Part shown: positions 19,172-29,272 of the stretch, one piece after another
How positions within the stretch are numbered: the first letter of the stretch is position 1
How the letters are laid out: each line of letters opens with the position of its first letter
Source: a virus
Lineage: Duplodnaviria > Caudoviricetes
Virus record (IMG/VR): IMGVR_UViG_3300023283_000173
Location: 16,495-80,494 of that record
Strand: one strand, 5' to 3'
DNA length: 64,000 nucleotides
The notes under the pieces: generated by a model
Told to the model about the DNA's origin: nothing
The model's database searches: none
Seen by the model: only the letters and a program-made list of their open reading frames with translations
Translations under genes and position numbers: made by a program

Positions 19172-19190
19172 CGGCGGGTTGTGGTCTCTC

Positions 19191-19937
19191 CTACGCACTC
19201 TCTCTCCTCCTGAACACCGCCTCGACCCTGTGCCAGTGGTGCGCCACGCTGTCCTCTCTGGACAGACCTCGAGGCATGTGATGCAGCATCGTGTCGCCCT
19301 GCACGAACACGGCACAGTGAGACGGTACCGACGTGCCGAGTAGCCGGGCGACCAGCATGTCTCCCGGCAGCAGGTCTCCCCGCGACAATCTCCCGAGGTT
19401 CTCCAGACCACACCTCTCGCAGCTCTCCATGAACGGACTTTGCCCCCTGTCCACAAAGTCCGGGTCGTAGCCGAAATTGGGCGGGGTCCAGCCCCTCATA
19501 CGCCACCAGTCTCTGTATAGGCTGTAGCACCAGTAAACACCCCACACGAATCGACGTCGAAGTAGAGGGGCCACAGGGAGTGAGTCACCCCACCAGACGA
19601 TCCTCTGGGCAGCTCCATCACGCACCGGGATCACGCCGTAAGTCGTCCCGACCAGGTACTGCTGCTCTATGTCCCGCGCCGTCGGATGAGGCGGACCGTC
19701 TGGGTGCGAGTGCACCACCGCGGCGACCAGACCGGCCCTCCACATGCGGTCCACCTCGGGGTCGTCGACGGCGAACTCCTGCTCGGGGTCCCTCGCCGCG
19801 TTCCTGCACGGCAGGTAGGTCCCGTCGGACAGTACCACCCCGCAGGACTCACGCGGATACTCCGTCACCGCGTGCCTGCGCGCGACTTCGGCGGCCTCGG
19901 GCCAGGGGTCGTCGGGGACGTCTACGTAGGCGCTCAC
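19191..19937 (-). CDS. Tail tip protein K-like (JAB + NlpC/P60)
   Basis: ESCGVV, VVHSHP...PTARD, WCYSLYRDWW, SHCAVF, LHH. Confidence 0.9.
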   Translation of the reverse strand: MSAYVDVPDDPWPEAAEVARRHAVTEYPRESCGVVLSDGTYLPCRNAARDPEQEFAVDDPEVDRMWRAGLVAAVVHSHPDGPPHPTARDIEQQYLVGTTYGVIPVRDGAAQRIVWWGDSLPVAPLLRRRFVWGVYWCYSLYRDWWRMRGWTPPNFGYDPDFVDRGQSPFMESCERCGLENLGRLSRGDLLPGDMLVARLLGTSVPSHCAVFVQGDTMLHHMPRGLSREDSVAHHWHRVEAVFRRRESA

Positions 19938-20692
19938 TGGGCCTCTCCGACGCGTCCTATACCGGGGAAGAACGCCCCAGGTAGAGACACCTCCTTGCCG
20001 AATCGCAACTCGCACCCCCTAGGCGTCTTACTACACATATCCTGCGTCGGGTCAGCGGTGGACTGGTCGTCCACCGTGAAGAACGCGGACCCGGCGTACG
20101 GGCAGGGGAAGTTTCGGCCGGTCGTCGTGAACGTCCCGTCGTCGTTGCTAAATCTGTAATCCCGATCGCAGTACCTCTTGAGGGCTACCCGCCTCGGTAA
20201 CTGCACTCCCTGGACGTCGAAAGGTGAAGTCAACTGCATCTCGAGTACCCTCTTGTTGACACCCAACTTCCGGTCTACGATGAATTGATCCAGGCCGAAC
20301 ACGGCCGCCGCGTCCGCGTCCGGGTTCGCCTCGACACCCCCCTGTCCGTCGGGTCTCAGGTCTAGGAACTTGGCCAGTGTAAAGAACCTGCGGACCACGG
20401 CCCCGCGGAAGTCGTCGAACTGGGCGACCAGCGCCGCCACGTTGCTACCAGACGTCGCTATGCGAAACGTCGGCTGAGCGGGCTTGCCGTCTCCGGAGGT
20501 GGCGGGAGCGTCCATCTCGACCGGCAGCCAACTGTAGTCGACACCCCCGAACCTGATCAGGACCCTCTCCTCGAATATGGTGCTCGTGTAGTAACGCACC
20601 TGGTCGTCACCGAGCGCCGTGGCGTCAACCTCGAACAGCTCAACGACCTCTCCCACCGAGAAACTACGTAACTCTTCCTTCAACTCGGGCAC
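19934..20692 (-). CDS. Minor tail protein L-like
   Basis: VELFEVD, C...YR...CPYAG, D.CSKT..GCELRF Cys cluster. Confidence 0.88.
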   Translation of the reverse strand: MPELKEELRSFSVGEVVELFEVDATALGDDQVRYYTSTIFEERVLIRFGGVDYSWLPVEMDAPATSGDGKPAQPTFRIATSGSNVAALVAQFDDFRGAVVRRFFTLAKFLDLRPDGQGGVEANPDADAAAVFGLDQFIVDRKLGVNKRVLEMQLTSPFDVQGVQLPRRVALKRYCDRDYRFSNDDGTFTTTGRNFPCPYAGSAFFTVDDQSTADPTQDMCSKTPRGCELRFGKEVSLPGAFFPGIGRVGEAQ

Positions 20693-20700
20693 GATACCTC

Positions 20701-21048
20701 CTACGGGTCGAACACCTCTCTGAACGTCGCCGAGAGCGCAAACACCCCTGCGTCTACCAGGTCGAAACTCCAGCTCGGGCAGACCCACCGCCTCGACGAA
20801 CTCTCCGTCGGCATCTGCCAGTCGAATGCCTCGTAGCCACCGCGGGCCACGAGGAACGCGTCGATCTCGTCCTTCTCACTTTCCGTCAGGTTGGTCCAGC
20901 TCAGTCTCAGCGTCAGCGGGTCGCTGTTGATACCGTCTCGAGCTCTCTGAGCGAAGCCGTCACCGAAGTCGGCCTGCAGCACCCTAGGCTCGTGACCCGT
21001 GGTGAGGCCGAAGTCCGGTCCTCTCTGCGGCGCGAACAGCTCTGCCAT
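20701..21048 (-). CDS. Minor tail protein M-like (distal tail)
   Basis: PRVLQADFGDGFAQR..DGIN, FLVARGGYEAFDW, SATFREVF. Confidence 0.88.
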   Translation of the reverse strand: MAELFAPQRGPDFGLTTGHEPRVLQADFGDGFAQRARDGINSDPLTLRLSWTNLTESEKDEIDAFLVARGGYEAFDWQMPTESSSRRWVCPSWSFDLVDAGVFALSATFREVFDP

Positions 21049-24000
21049 CAGAACCTCCTGCCAGCCCGGGCCTGCTGCGGGTCTAGGATGCCCCCTGGAC
21101 GCGCCTCGTCGACAAGGACCTTCTTCACCTTGACACCTATCTCATCCTCCAGCAGGCGACTGAGCTGCCGGGCCTGCCTGTCGGTTATCCGAGTACCTAC
21201 CTGGACATTACCTCCCTGCCTCTCGCCGTTCACCACCACAGGAGCGGTCACGCTCACGGCTATACCGCCTCCTCCCCCGCTCTGCAGCGCCTGCGTCTCG
21301 TCTCGAGACAGTACCCTCTCGCCCCTGTGTAGGATCGCTGGAAACTCATCCTTACCTACGAGACCCGTCCCCGACTGAAAGCGCGGTGCACCGGCGAACA
21401 GGGCGGCGGGCACCATACGCCGCTGGTCCGGCGACTCCGCGCGCCCGCCCCCGTGAAACAACCCCGCGAACAGACTGCTGCCTCCCAGGGCGTTTCCGAT
21501 GAACTGCTCGAACGGCTGAAACAGCGTGATCTGCAGGATCAGCTCAGACAATCTCCGCGCCAGGTTACCGAAGGCGTCACCTATACTGTCAGACTGGAAC
21601 ACGATCTCCGACGCCGACCGCGTGAACTCCCGGGCGATGTCCCTGGCGGCCTCCTCGGCTCGCCGCTGCTGCTCGGCGGCCTGACGTAGTGCCTCCTGGT
21701 TCTCGTTCAGACTCTGCGTCGCGGCGAGTCTGGCGTCTACGAGCTCGCGGGCCGCGTCCGCCGCCACACCCCTCGCCTTCGCCTCTTCTATCAACTTGCG
21801 ACGCGTCTCCTCGATGGCCTGGTTCTCCTCCACGCGCCGAAGCGCGTCCTCGCCCTGAGCGGCCGCCCTGGCTCTCTCCATGAGCTGCTCGGTTTCGAGG
21901 CGAGTCTGCTCTAGGAAGTCCTGCCTCTCGAGGCGCGCCGCGTCCTCGTCTCGCACGCGCAGAGCCAACTGCAGCATCTGCGCCATCCTCTCGGTCTCGT
22001 CGGCAGTGAATCCGGCCTCCTCGGCCAACTTCCTAAACGCATCTACCTCGCCGAGCCTAGACTGCCTCTCCTCAAACTGCCGGAGCGCCGCCGCACCCTC
22101 CCTACGAGCCTGGGTCTCGGCGAATATAAGTTCTATACGCTCCCTGGTAGAGGCTCGTAGGTCCGCGGCCTCGTCCGTCTCCTCCTGCTGTCTACCCCCC
22201 CTAACGTCTACGTCGGACACGGACGACACCAGATCGTCGAAGAACTCCCTCGTCGTCGACGCGCCGCTCCTGAGTCTGGCGAGAGCCTGCTGCACGTTGT
22301 CCAGTCGTTCCTCGGCGTCGACGAACTCCCTGGTCTCGGGAAGAAGGTTGATGACCTCGGCCTCCCGTCCGGTCTCCCTGGCCGCCTCCCGGAGACGCTC
22401 AAACGCCTCCGCCTGCCCTATAGCGCCGCTAACGAACTCAGCCTGTATCTCGCGTACGCGTCGCAGGAACGGGACCCTCGGGTCGTCCGCGGGCGCGATT
22501 ATCGCGGTCTGATCCCTGAAGAACTCGCGCAGCTCCTCGGCAGACTCGGCCGCGTCTTGGTTGAGGCGCTCCCTGGCCAGTACCAGGTCGATCTCTATAG
22601 TCCGCAACTGCTCTCGGTTGAGCTCGTCCAGGCCGTCCAGGGCCTCCCCGGCCTGTCCCTGGAGTCTAGCCAGCGCCTCTCCCTGCGCCCTGGCGGCCTC
22701 CGCAGCCTCTCGGTGACGTCCGATCACCGTGGTCAGGGTGACAGCCAGAGTACCTATCACCGCGATGGCGGCCGTCACGGGGTTCACAAGGAGGGCGGTG
22801 AGGTTGAGGAAGCGAAAGGCCAGCGCGAGGGTACGGACGGCCGCGGCGGCTGCGAGTAGGGCTGGTCCGAGCGTGACCATCAAGGCCAGCAGGCGCTGCG
22901 TCTCCTCCGGCAGGTCTCTGAAACTCGCTGTCAGTCCTCCTATCGCCTCGGACGCGGCGTCTATGGTGTCCTTCACGTCCAGGGCCTTGCCGAGTGCTGT
23001 CGCAAACTGATTCATGTTGTCCTGCAGCACGATCAGCCTGGAGTTGACCCCGCTGGCGAAGATCTCGAACTCCTCGTCGAGGGCCGACACGTTGGACGCC
23101 TCGTCGAAGGCAAGGTCCATGGATCTCGTGAGTTTGTCGAAGTTCTGCGCCAGGGGGACGATCGTCTTGTTGATCTCCTCCTGCTGTAGGTTCAACGACT
23201 CCAGTAACCGTGCACCGCGGGTCGAGGTAGGCCCGAGCTCGTTCAGCGTCTGCAGCAGCGCCAGGAAGGCCCTCTCCGGCGACTCCCTTACGAGATCCTG
23301 GAGGGCGTCCTGCGTGACGCCGGTCACGCGGGCGATCTCCTCGACGGCCTCTCCGCCCTCGCGGGCCGCCTCGTTGATGGCCCTGAATGTCCGACCCACC
23401 GACGTACCGGCGATCTCCGCCCTGAGGCCGAGGGAGGCCATCGCCGCGGCTATGCCGGCGGCGGCTGTCGTACCGGTCTCGAAGGCCGCCGTCGCGAGAC
23501 TGATCTCCGTGGCCATCCGCGCGATCTCCTGCTCGGAGGCGGCGGAGTTGTTGCCGAGCCTGACGAGGACAGACGCCAATCTACGGGCCTCCTCGGTACC
23601 CTCGCCCATCACGTTGAGCATGCGGGCGATCGACGTAGCCCCCTCCTCCCCGGCCAGGTTCGAAGCGGTACCGAGGCGGGCTATCACGTCGGTGAACTCG
23701 AGGATGTTCTCTCGGCCCTGGATGCCGAGCTGACCGGCCACCTGTGCGATGGCCTGCATGTCGGCGGTCGCGACGGGTAGCGTCAGCGACAGTTCCGCGA
23801 ACTCTCGCGAGAACAGCTCCAGCTCGCGTCCGGCCAGGCCCGTGGTCTTGGCGACGCCGAGCACGCCCGCCTCGAAGTCCCCGAATGCGCCGACCGTGCC
23901 CCTTAAAAGACGCGTCGAGGCCACGATACCGGCCATCGCAGCCGCGGCGTCCCGTATGGCCCTGCCTGCCCCCTCGAAGTCGCGCGTGGCGCTCTTGGCC

Positions 24001-24101
24001 GCGCTGCCGGCCTGCCTGAAACCCCTGCCCTGCCTGTTGAGGACGCGCGTCGCCTCGTCGCGCATCCGCATGATGAACAGTAGCTCTTCCTGCTCAGCCA
24101 C
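21048..24101 (-). CDS. Tape measure protein
   Basis: 1017 aa Ala/Glu/Arg-rich helical protein with TP901-type core, between chaperones and M. Confidence 0.92.
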   Translation of the reverse strand: MAEQEELLFIMRMRDEATRVLNRQGRGFRQAGSAAKSATRDFEGAGRAIRDAAAAMAGIVASTRLLRGTVGAFGDFEAGVLGVAKTTGLAGRELELFSREFAELSLTLPVATADMQAIAQVAGQLGIQGRENILEFTDVIARLGTASNLAGEEGATSIARMLNVMGEGTEEARRLASVLVRLGNNSAASEQEIARMATEISLATAAFETGTTAAAGIAAAMASLGLRAEIAGTSVGRTFRAINEAAREGGEAVEEIARVTGVTQDALQDLVRESPERAFLALLQTLNELGPTSTRGARLLESLNLQQEEINKTIVPLAQNFDKLTRSMDLAFDEASNVSALDEEFEIFASGVNSRLIVLQDNMNQFATALGKALDVKDTIDAASEAIGGLTASFRDLPEETQRLLALMVTLGPALLAAAAAVRTLALAFRFLNLTALLVNPVTAAIAVIGTLAVTLTTVIGRHREAAEAARAQGEALARLQGQAGEALDGLDELNREQLRTIEIDLVLARERLNQDAAESAEELREFFRDQTAIIAPADDPRVPFLRRVREIQAEFVSGAIGQAEAFERLREAARETGREAEVINLLPETREFVDAEERLDNVQQALARLRSGASTTREFFDDLVSSVSDVDVRGGRQQEETDEAADLRASTRERIELIFAETQARREGAAALRQFEERQSRLGEVDAFRKLAEEAGFTADETERMAQMLQLALRVRDEDAARLERQDFLEQTRLETEQLMERARAAAQGEDALRRVEENQAIEETRRKLIEEAKARGVAADAARELVDARLAATQSLNENQEALRQAAEQQRRAEEAARDIAREFTRSASEIVFQSDSIGDAFGNLARRLSELILQITLFQPFEQFIGNALGGSSLFAGLFHGGGRAESPDQRRMVPAALFAGAPRFQSGTGLVGKDEFPAILHRGERVLSRDETQALQSGGGGGIAVSVTAPVVVNGERQGGNVQVGTRITDRQARQLSRLLEDEIGVKVKKVLVDEARPGGILDPQQARAGRRF

Positions 24102-24504
24102 GTCTCTTGCCCCTGCTCCGCCGCGCCGCGTCGAGCTCGCGCTCGCGCTGGTCGCACCCGGCCCTGGCGGCCTCCGCGGACTGCATCAGTCTCAGGCCCC
24201 TGTTCGACTGCGCAGTGACCGGTCCGTCGTCCGGTAACCTGCCATTTCGGTACTCCCCGTAGTAGAACAACAGATCTCTCCAGTAGGACGGGTCGTCCAG
24301 AACAGGCCTGCGCGGACACTGCCACTGCAGCTCGTCGTCCACCTCCACCGGCGTCACCGCCGGGTCGCGCCACACGACCTCCCCGTCCTCGTCTCGCACG
24401 ACCTCGTTGGTGTCGAGGTCTCTCTCCGGCTCGGCGTAGCAGCCCCACTCGACCTGTCTGGTACACCGAGAGCAGTCGCGCTCGGGCAGCAAGCGGATGG
24501 CCAC
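24094..24504 (-). CDS. Tail assembly chaperone T part (G-T frameshift product)
   Basis: Open in the -1 frame from the slippery site at the end of G. Confidence 0.75.
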   Translation of the reverse strand: MAIRLLPERDCSRCTRQVEWGCYAEPERDLDTNEVVRDEDGEVVWRDPAVTPVEVDDELQWQCPRRPVLDDPSYWRDLLFYYGEYRNGRLPDDGPVTAQSNRGLRLMQSAEAARAGCDQRERELDAARRSRGKRRG

Positions 24505-25001
24505 TACGCCGCGTCGTAGTTTTTTTCCTCGTCCTTCGACACCTCGCTGATTTTCTTGATCTCCCCTGCGAGCTCGGAGATCAACTGTATACCCAGCCTA
24601 GAGATACACTCGTCGGAGGCCACCTGGTACTTGCGTCCGTTCGTGTACACGCGCTTCGTATCGAACTCGATCTCGTTGCCGTCCTCGTCCAGGAAATGTC
24701 TCCAGCCGGCCAAGCCGTAGCGCACGGCGTCGATGTTCGTACTGTTGATGTGTGTCTCGACAGACACGGACCCGTCCTCGCGGTTCCCGACCGTCTGCGC
24801 CCTATCGTAGATGCGACCCATGAGGAACACGTCGAGCGGACGCAGGAGGAACACCGTCGCACCCTCCTGTATCTCGACCTCGGTTCTCTTACCCTTCTTG
24901 GGGTCCTTCGGGTCTACGGGGACCTGCCGCGTGACCTTGGCGGGGTCCGTGTTCGACACGTACTCGATCTCGTCGAGGCGGGTGATGCCCCTCAGTGCCA
25001 T
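24504..25001 (-). CDS. Tail assembly chaperone G-like
   Basis: Between tail tube and tape measure; slippery heptamer at 3' end. Confidence 0.8.
   Translation of the reverse strand: MALRGITRLDEIEYVSNTDPAKVTRQVPVDPKDPKKGKRTEVEIQEGATVFLLRPLDVFLMGRIYDRAQTVGNREDGSVSVETHINSTNIDAVRYGLAGWRHFLDEDGNEIEFDTKRVYTNGRKYQVASDECISRLGIQLISELAGEIKKISEVSKDEEKNYDAA
24519..24525 (-). other. Programmed -1 ribosomal frameshift site A AAA AAC
   Basis: GAG GAA AAA AAC TAC four codons before the G stop; -1 shift reads KKLRRGVVAIRLLPER into the T ORF. Confidence 0.85.
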
Positions 25002-25191
25002 GATTGCCTCCTCGGCTGCCTGGCCCGTTCATGTCTGTGGTCTTGTCCGCGACCACGAGGTCCACCTTACACGGTGCGTGCTCCTTAGCAAGAGCCTGCG
25101 CCGCGGCACGAGTCAGTTTCGCACCTACGATCTCGGGAACGTCCACTCCGGCCCTCGAGACGACGTAGACCTTGATGCGGGTCTCGCTCAC
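24889..25191 (-). CDS. Small hypothetical protein
   Basis: Fills the gap after the tail tube gene but overlaps G by 113 nt. Confidence 0.4.
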   Translation of the reverse strand: MSETRIKVYVVSRAGVDVPEIVGAKLTRAAAQALAKEHAPCKVDLVVADKTTDMNGPGSRGGNHGTEGHHPPRRDRVRVEHGPRQGHAAGPRRPEGPQEG

Positions 25192-25201
25192 GAACTCGTC
25201 C

Positions 25202-25215
25202 TGCAGTCAACTGCA
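25202..25215 (-). promoter_or_regulatory. 14-bp element, copy 2 of 8
   Basis: Exact match just after the tail tube stop codon. Confidence 0.8.
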
Positions 25216-25220
25216 GAGCA

Positions 25221-26459
25221 TCATATAAAGCAGACGATAAACTCATCGTCACCGTCGAACTGAGGAAACTTCAGACCCGCGTCGAAGGTACGGAAGCCGT
25301 TCCGATCCTGGTAAGTCAGTCCCGTGTATTGTATACCCGGGGCCAAGATCCACACGGTGTTACCGCGCTCCGTGCCGACCCGCATCTGGAACGGTATCGC
25401 GTCGGCCGCGGAGAACTGCTTCCAGAAATCGTTGTCGGCCACCAGGGCCGCCTCGGGGTCGAGACCACCCTCCGGACTCCGACCGACGATTCGCACGCCG
25501 TCGAAGGCGTCGCTCCTGTTGGCATCGAGCCTGGGCTGGATGTCGTTGTTCACGTTCAGACTAAACGTCTCGACGACCGCCGAGAACTCCTGCAGCCTCA
25601 TCCGGGCCAGCTCAACCTGCCGAGGCTTGGTCTTCTCGAACGTCGCGGACGGGAGGGGTGTGTCGACGGGATCGAAGTACTGCCCCTGGAAGTCGAACTG
25701 CACGTTCGCGAACTGACCGCCCTGGGCGTTGATCGTGAACGTCCCCATGGAGCCCGTCATCTTGTGCTCGAGACCGTCGAAGAACATCTTCGATGTGACG
25801 CTCTCGAAGTTGTCCGACACGGGGTCCATCCGGAACCCGGTCGGGAGAGCCCAGATCACCCACCGCTGACCGACTGCGAGGTCGCCGGAGAACGTGGGCG
25901 TGGCCGTGAGTCCGCTGGCGCCGATCGTGAAGGACGAACCGCTCGTCACGACCGCGGCGGCATTCCCCTCCCCGGTCGTGTCCGACGTGACAGTGATCTG
26001 CGCCGTCGCCGACGGCCCGCCCGTGGTGACCTCGAGGTAGTAGGCGATCACGTCCTCCGTCGCGAGGGTCGAATCGTCCGGCACCCACGACACGACGTTG
26101 GCGTGCTCCCCCACGTCGAACATCTTGGTCGCCTCGGGGGCACCCATCGCCGTGAGCGACAGGCCGCAGCCTCTGAACAGGCGCGTGATGATGGGCTCGT
26201 CTCCGAGTACCCCCGAGCTCTGCTTGCCGTTGCCGCGCAGCTCGGTTTGGAAGGTCATCTGCGCGATCTTCCGCCCGATGACGTGTCGCTGCACGGACAG
26301 ACTGGCCTGCGTGAAGTTACGCTCCAGGACGCTCTCGTCGACCTGGTAGTCCTGGTCGGCGGCGAGGATCGCGTCCGCGGAGGCGTCGAGAATCTCCTCC
26401 TGGTTGAACACGGCCTCGTTCTTAGCGAGTAGCAGGGCCTTACGGCTAAGGAGACTCAT
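25221..26459 (-). CDS. Major tail tube protein
   Basis: 412 aa; LLAKNE...RNF...S...IGRKIAQMTFQTEL; FDGLEHKMTG.MG; position in tail module. Confidence 0.82.
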   Translation of the reverse strand: MSLLSRKALLLAKNEAVFNQEEILDASADAILAADQDYQVDESVLERNFTQASLSVQRHVIGRKIAQMTFQTELRGNGKQSSGVLGDEPIITRLFRGCGLSLTAMGAPEATKMFDVGEHANVVSWVPDDSTLATEDVIAYYLEVTTGGPSATAQITVTSDTTGEGNAAAVVTSGSSFTIGASGLTATPTFSGDLAVGQRWVIWALPTGFRMDPVSDNFESVTSKMFFDGLEHKMTGSMGTFTINAQGGQFANVQFDFQGQYFDPVDTPLPSATFEKTKPRQVELARMRLQEFSAVVETFSLNVNNDIQPRLDANRSDAFDGVRIVGRSPEGGLDPEAALVADNDFWKQFSAADAIPFQMRVGTERGNTVWILAPGIQYTGLTYQDRNGFRTFDAGLKFPQFDGDDEFIVCFI

Positions 26460-26472
26460 CCTGTCCCTCCTG

Positions 26473-26486
26473 TGCAGTCAACTGCA
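26473..26486 (-). promoter_or_regulatory. 14-bp element, copy 3 of 8
   Basis: Exact match abutting the AGGAGGG RBS of the tail tube gene. Confidence 0.8.
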
Positions 26487-26493
26487 GATACAG

Positions 26494-26700
26494 TCACGCC
26501 TTCAGAGCGGCGATGAGCTCGTTGACCTTGGTCGCCACATCCTCGGTCGTGGCGGTCGCCGGGTCGACGATAGCGTCGACAGCAACCAGCTCGGCCTTAT
26601 CGTTACCGACCTTCGTGTTCAGCACGGAAGCCAGGTCGTCGGTCTGGGCACCGGTCAGGTTGGCTCCGCCGGCGAAGTGGTCGTTGCTTACCAGAGGCAT
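26494..26700 (-). CDS. Small virion protein, head-fibre-like
   Basis: C-terminal ATTEDVATKVNELIAALKA resembles head fibre trimerisation helices. Confidence 0.55.
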   Translation of the reverse strand: MPLVSNDHFAGGANLTGAQTDDLASVLNTKVGNDKAELVAVDAIVDPATATTEDVATKVNELIAALKA

Positions 26701-26710
26701 CTTCGTTCTC

Positions 26711-26926
26711 CTACGTCGTGTCGGGCTTCACCCTGCTACCGCGTCCGCGAGAGACGTACACCCCCCCTCGTCCGTACGGCACGTATTCCTCGACTCGTCT
26801 CTTCCTACTCCCCGTCTTGGCGCGCATCTTCCCGCTCCTCTTGGTCGAGGCGCCGGACGGTGTCTCCTCGTCCGCGACACCAGTATCGTCCGTACCTGTG
26901 TGGCCGGTCAACGTCTCGTCAGCCAT
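26711..26926 (-). CDS. Small hypothetical protein
   Basis: GAGGAGG RBS; fills gap. Confidence 0.55.
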   Translation of the reverse strand: MADETLTGHTGTDDTGVADEETPSGASTKRSGKMRAKTGSRKRRVEEYVPYGRGGVYVSRGRGSRVKPDTT

Positions 26927-26944
26927 GCCTTCCTCCTCGGGTCG

Positions 26945-27415
26945 CTACTGGTCCTCGCGCGGATCGTCGACCGACCGTCTGTAGATCACGTTTACCTCCA
27001 GGAACCCCTCGACCGTGCGGTCGGCCACGAAGTCGAGGGTCACCTCACTGGCCACCTCTACCATGTCCTGGGCCAGGCCGTCGAGGGGCGGATTCTCCCT
27101 GAGTCTCCTCTGGACCACCCCGAGGACCTCCTCGCCCTGCTCCTCACTCGACCCGCTCCCGCTCTGCACAACCCTTCGGAACTCGACGACTACCGGCAGC
27201 GTCGCCTGGACGAACGGATATAGAGTGACGGTGGTCTCTCTTCCGGGGACCACACCCCCGACGAGCTCCTTCCGCATGTCGGGATCACCTATAGGCCCCA
27301 GCCCTATCGACGAGAAGTCTATCGGATACGGGTCGTCCGGCGGCTGACCCCTCTCTACCGAGGCCAGCAGTGCCGTGAGCGCCCTCAGGACGCGTACCCT
27401 CACCGTGTCGGTCAC
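26945..27415 (-). CDS. Tail terminator-like protein
   Basis: Size and position between neck and tail tube; GTGA overlap. Confidence 0.65.
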   Translation of the reverse strand: MTDTVRVRVLRALTALLASVERGQPPDDPYPIDFSSIGLGPIGDPDMRKELVGGVVPGRETTVTLYPFVQATLPVVVEFRRVVQSGSGSSEEQGEEVLGVVQRRLRENPPLDGLAQDMVEVASEVTLDFVADRTVEGFLEVNVIYRRSVDDPREDQ

Positions 27416-28056
27416 GCGAGCAGCTCCTTGAGCATCTTGTCGAACGCCCTGTCTACGAAGCCCGGGACGACGATATCGAGCGTGTCTTCTAGACCCAGTC
27501 TCGGTGGTATCGTAACCTCCCTCTTCAACGCGTAGAGCGGTACGACGCGACTACCCCTCCGCTGAAAGATCAACAGGTTGCCGTTCTTCGACCTGGCCAC
27601 AAACGTGTTTCGCCACTGCCTGGCTGATTGCTTCACGGGCGTACCGTCGCTGTTCAGTGCCGCCCTCAAAGGTATCGTCAGGTACTGCGCCTTCCTAGGC
27701 CTGATCTTACCTCCGGTCTCGTGTATACGCAGGTAAAACACCCCGCGCATCTCCCCTCGTACGGACTCCAGCGTAGTCCCGGTCACCCGGACGCCGTCCT
27801 TGAGGGACTGCATGGCCCTGCCCGACCTTCGCGAAAGCGTGTTCTTCGTCGTACCTCCCGGCCACGGCTGTCCGTGTGCCCGGGCCATGGCCTCGGCCAC
27901 GCTGTCGAGGAACACCTTGAGCTCCCTGTTCATGACGGCACCGACACCCTTCCAGTTCTTTCCCAGCCGGTTCTGAAACGCGACGAGACCCCTCTCGGCG
28001 TCGCGAAACCTCCTGTTACGGAACTGGAACTCTAGGGTGATCGGTTCTCGGGCCAC
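27412..28056 (-). CDS. Neck/tail completion protein
   Basis: LSRRSG...S, YLRIHETGG.I, IPPRLGL; basic. Confidence 0.65.
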   Translation of the reverse strand: MAREPITLEFQFRNRRFRDAERGLVAFQNRLGKNWKGVGAVMNRELKVFLDSVAEAMARAHGQPWPGGTTKNTLSRRSGRAMQSLKDGVRVTGTTLESVRGEMRGVFYLRIHETGGKIRPRKAQYLTIPLRAALNSDGTPVKQSARQWRNTFVARSKNGNLLIFQRRGSRVVPLYALKREVTIPPRLGLEDTLDIVVPGFVDRAFDKMLKELLA

Positions 28057-28062
28057 CTCCGT

Positions 28063-28749
28063 CTACTCCGATAGGAGGGCCGTCGGCGCGTACCGCGTCT
28101 TGGGCACCACCACGGCCTCGACCTGCTGCCAGAGCGACTTGCTGTCGAGCCCGGCGTCGGCGTTGGCGAACACAGGGTTGTCAGACAGCGTGGCCAGCGT
28201 GGCCAGGCGCGCCGCCTCCTGTAGCCAGGACGGTACCTGCGACAGGTCGTAGCTCTGCGGGTCGTCCACATCAGTCTCGAAGCCGGCGTCGTAGGTCACC
28301 TGTACCCACGCGGCTCGGAAGTCGTGGCGTAGAGACACCAACTCACCGGCAGACTCATTCAGTCTTACCTCTGCGGTTATGTCCGTCGGGGAGTCCTCCG
28401 GGTCGAAGCCGTCCACATGACTCGACACCAGCACCTCCACACTACCCGGTGCGACGAAGCCACGCGAAAGCAACATCTCCGTGCGTACCCCACCCGCGGT
28501 CCTGAGATTCACGGCCGGCACATGCGCCGCGTGCCTGACCTGCGGCCGCTCGACGAAGAAGAGGTCTACCTGTCCGTCCACCCGTCCGAACTCGGTCCGG
28601 AGCATAGCCGACAGCCGCGGCTCGACGCCGTCCATAGCCTTACGGACGGCCGACACGACGTCAGGCATGTCGTCGAACCCTATACTCTCTCTGACGTCGG
28701 CTACGGACGCGAGCAGCACCTCATACCTCCACGGCCTCCTCGTCATCAC
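28063..28749 (-). CDS. Head-tail adaptor
   Basis: LASVADVRES, VTYDAGF, VPSWLQEAA, typical of adaptors. Confidence 0.75.
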   Translation of the reverse strand: MMTRRPWRYEVLLASVADVRESIGFDDMPDVVSAVRKAMDGVEPRLSAMLRTEFGRVDGQVDLFFVERPQVRHAAHVPAVNLRTAGGVRTEMLLSRGFVAPGSVEVLVSSHVDGFDPEDSPTDITAEVRLNESAGELVSLRHDFRAAWVQVTYDAGFETDVDDPQSYDLSQVPSWLQEAARLATLATLSDNPVFANADAGLDSKSLWQQVEAVVVPKTRYAPTALLSE

Positions 28750-29158
28750 CGGAGTCAGAGGACGAGCCGCGCTCGATCCTCACGCCACCCTTACGCAGTC
28801 TCGCGGAGGTGGCCCGGTCTCGGTCCTCCGAAGTGATACGGAACCCGAGCACACTCGAGAGAGCGTCTACCTGAGGCTTCCCGGACTTCGTGAAGTGATC
28901 CTCATTGTCGGGATCGAGCTCCAGCGTCGCCTTGCGGATACGCTCGTCCTTCTCGTCCTGAGGCATGTCCAGGAACTCGCTCTCCATGCGCTCTCGCTCG
29001 CGCTGCTCCTCATCGACGTCCCTGTAGTCGAAGTACTGTCGTCGAGACCGTACGATATCCTCCAGAGAACGCGGGACGGGTACCTCTACACCGCGGCGAA
29101 AGACGTACCCCTCGACGCTGTAGGTTCGTGGTCCCTTCAGAGTAGCGTACAAAGCCAT
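28721..29158 (-). CDS. Hypothetical head-associated protein
   Basis: DHFTKSGKPQVDALS..LGF.IT...RD motif; immediately after MCP. Confidence 0.6.
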   Translation of the reverse strand: MALYATLKGPRTYSVEGYVFRRGVEVPVPRSLEDIVRSRRQYFDYRDVDEEQRERERMESEFLDMPQDEKDERIRKATLELDPDNEDHFTKSGKPQVDALSSVLGFRITSEDRDRATSARLRKGGVRIERGSSSDSGDDEEAVEV

Positions 29159-29185
29159 GACCTTACCTCCTGTAAGTCAGCCGAT

Positions 29186-29216
29186 AAAAATGAGGGGACG
29201 GTGTGACCCGCCCCCT
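29186..29216 (-). terminator. Rho-independent terminator after major capsid gene
   Basis: RNA AGGGGGCGG-GUCACA-CCGUCCCCU (9 bp including one G-U) then CAUUUUU. Confidence 0.75.
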
Positions 29217-29272
29217 ACGTCGTTATACGCCTCGGGTCCACGGCGTAGTCGTCAGACTACACCGCCAGATCC

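Noticed and set aside
26473-26486. TTGACT core of the 14-bp element as a sigma70 -35 box
   Set aside because: No -10 hexamer at 17 bp in the copies checked; at 26473 the RBS and ATG occupy that space.
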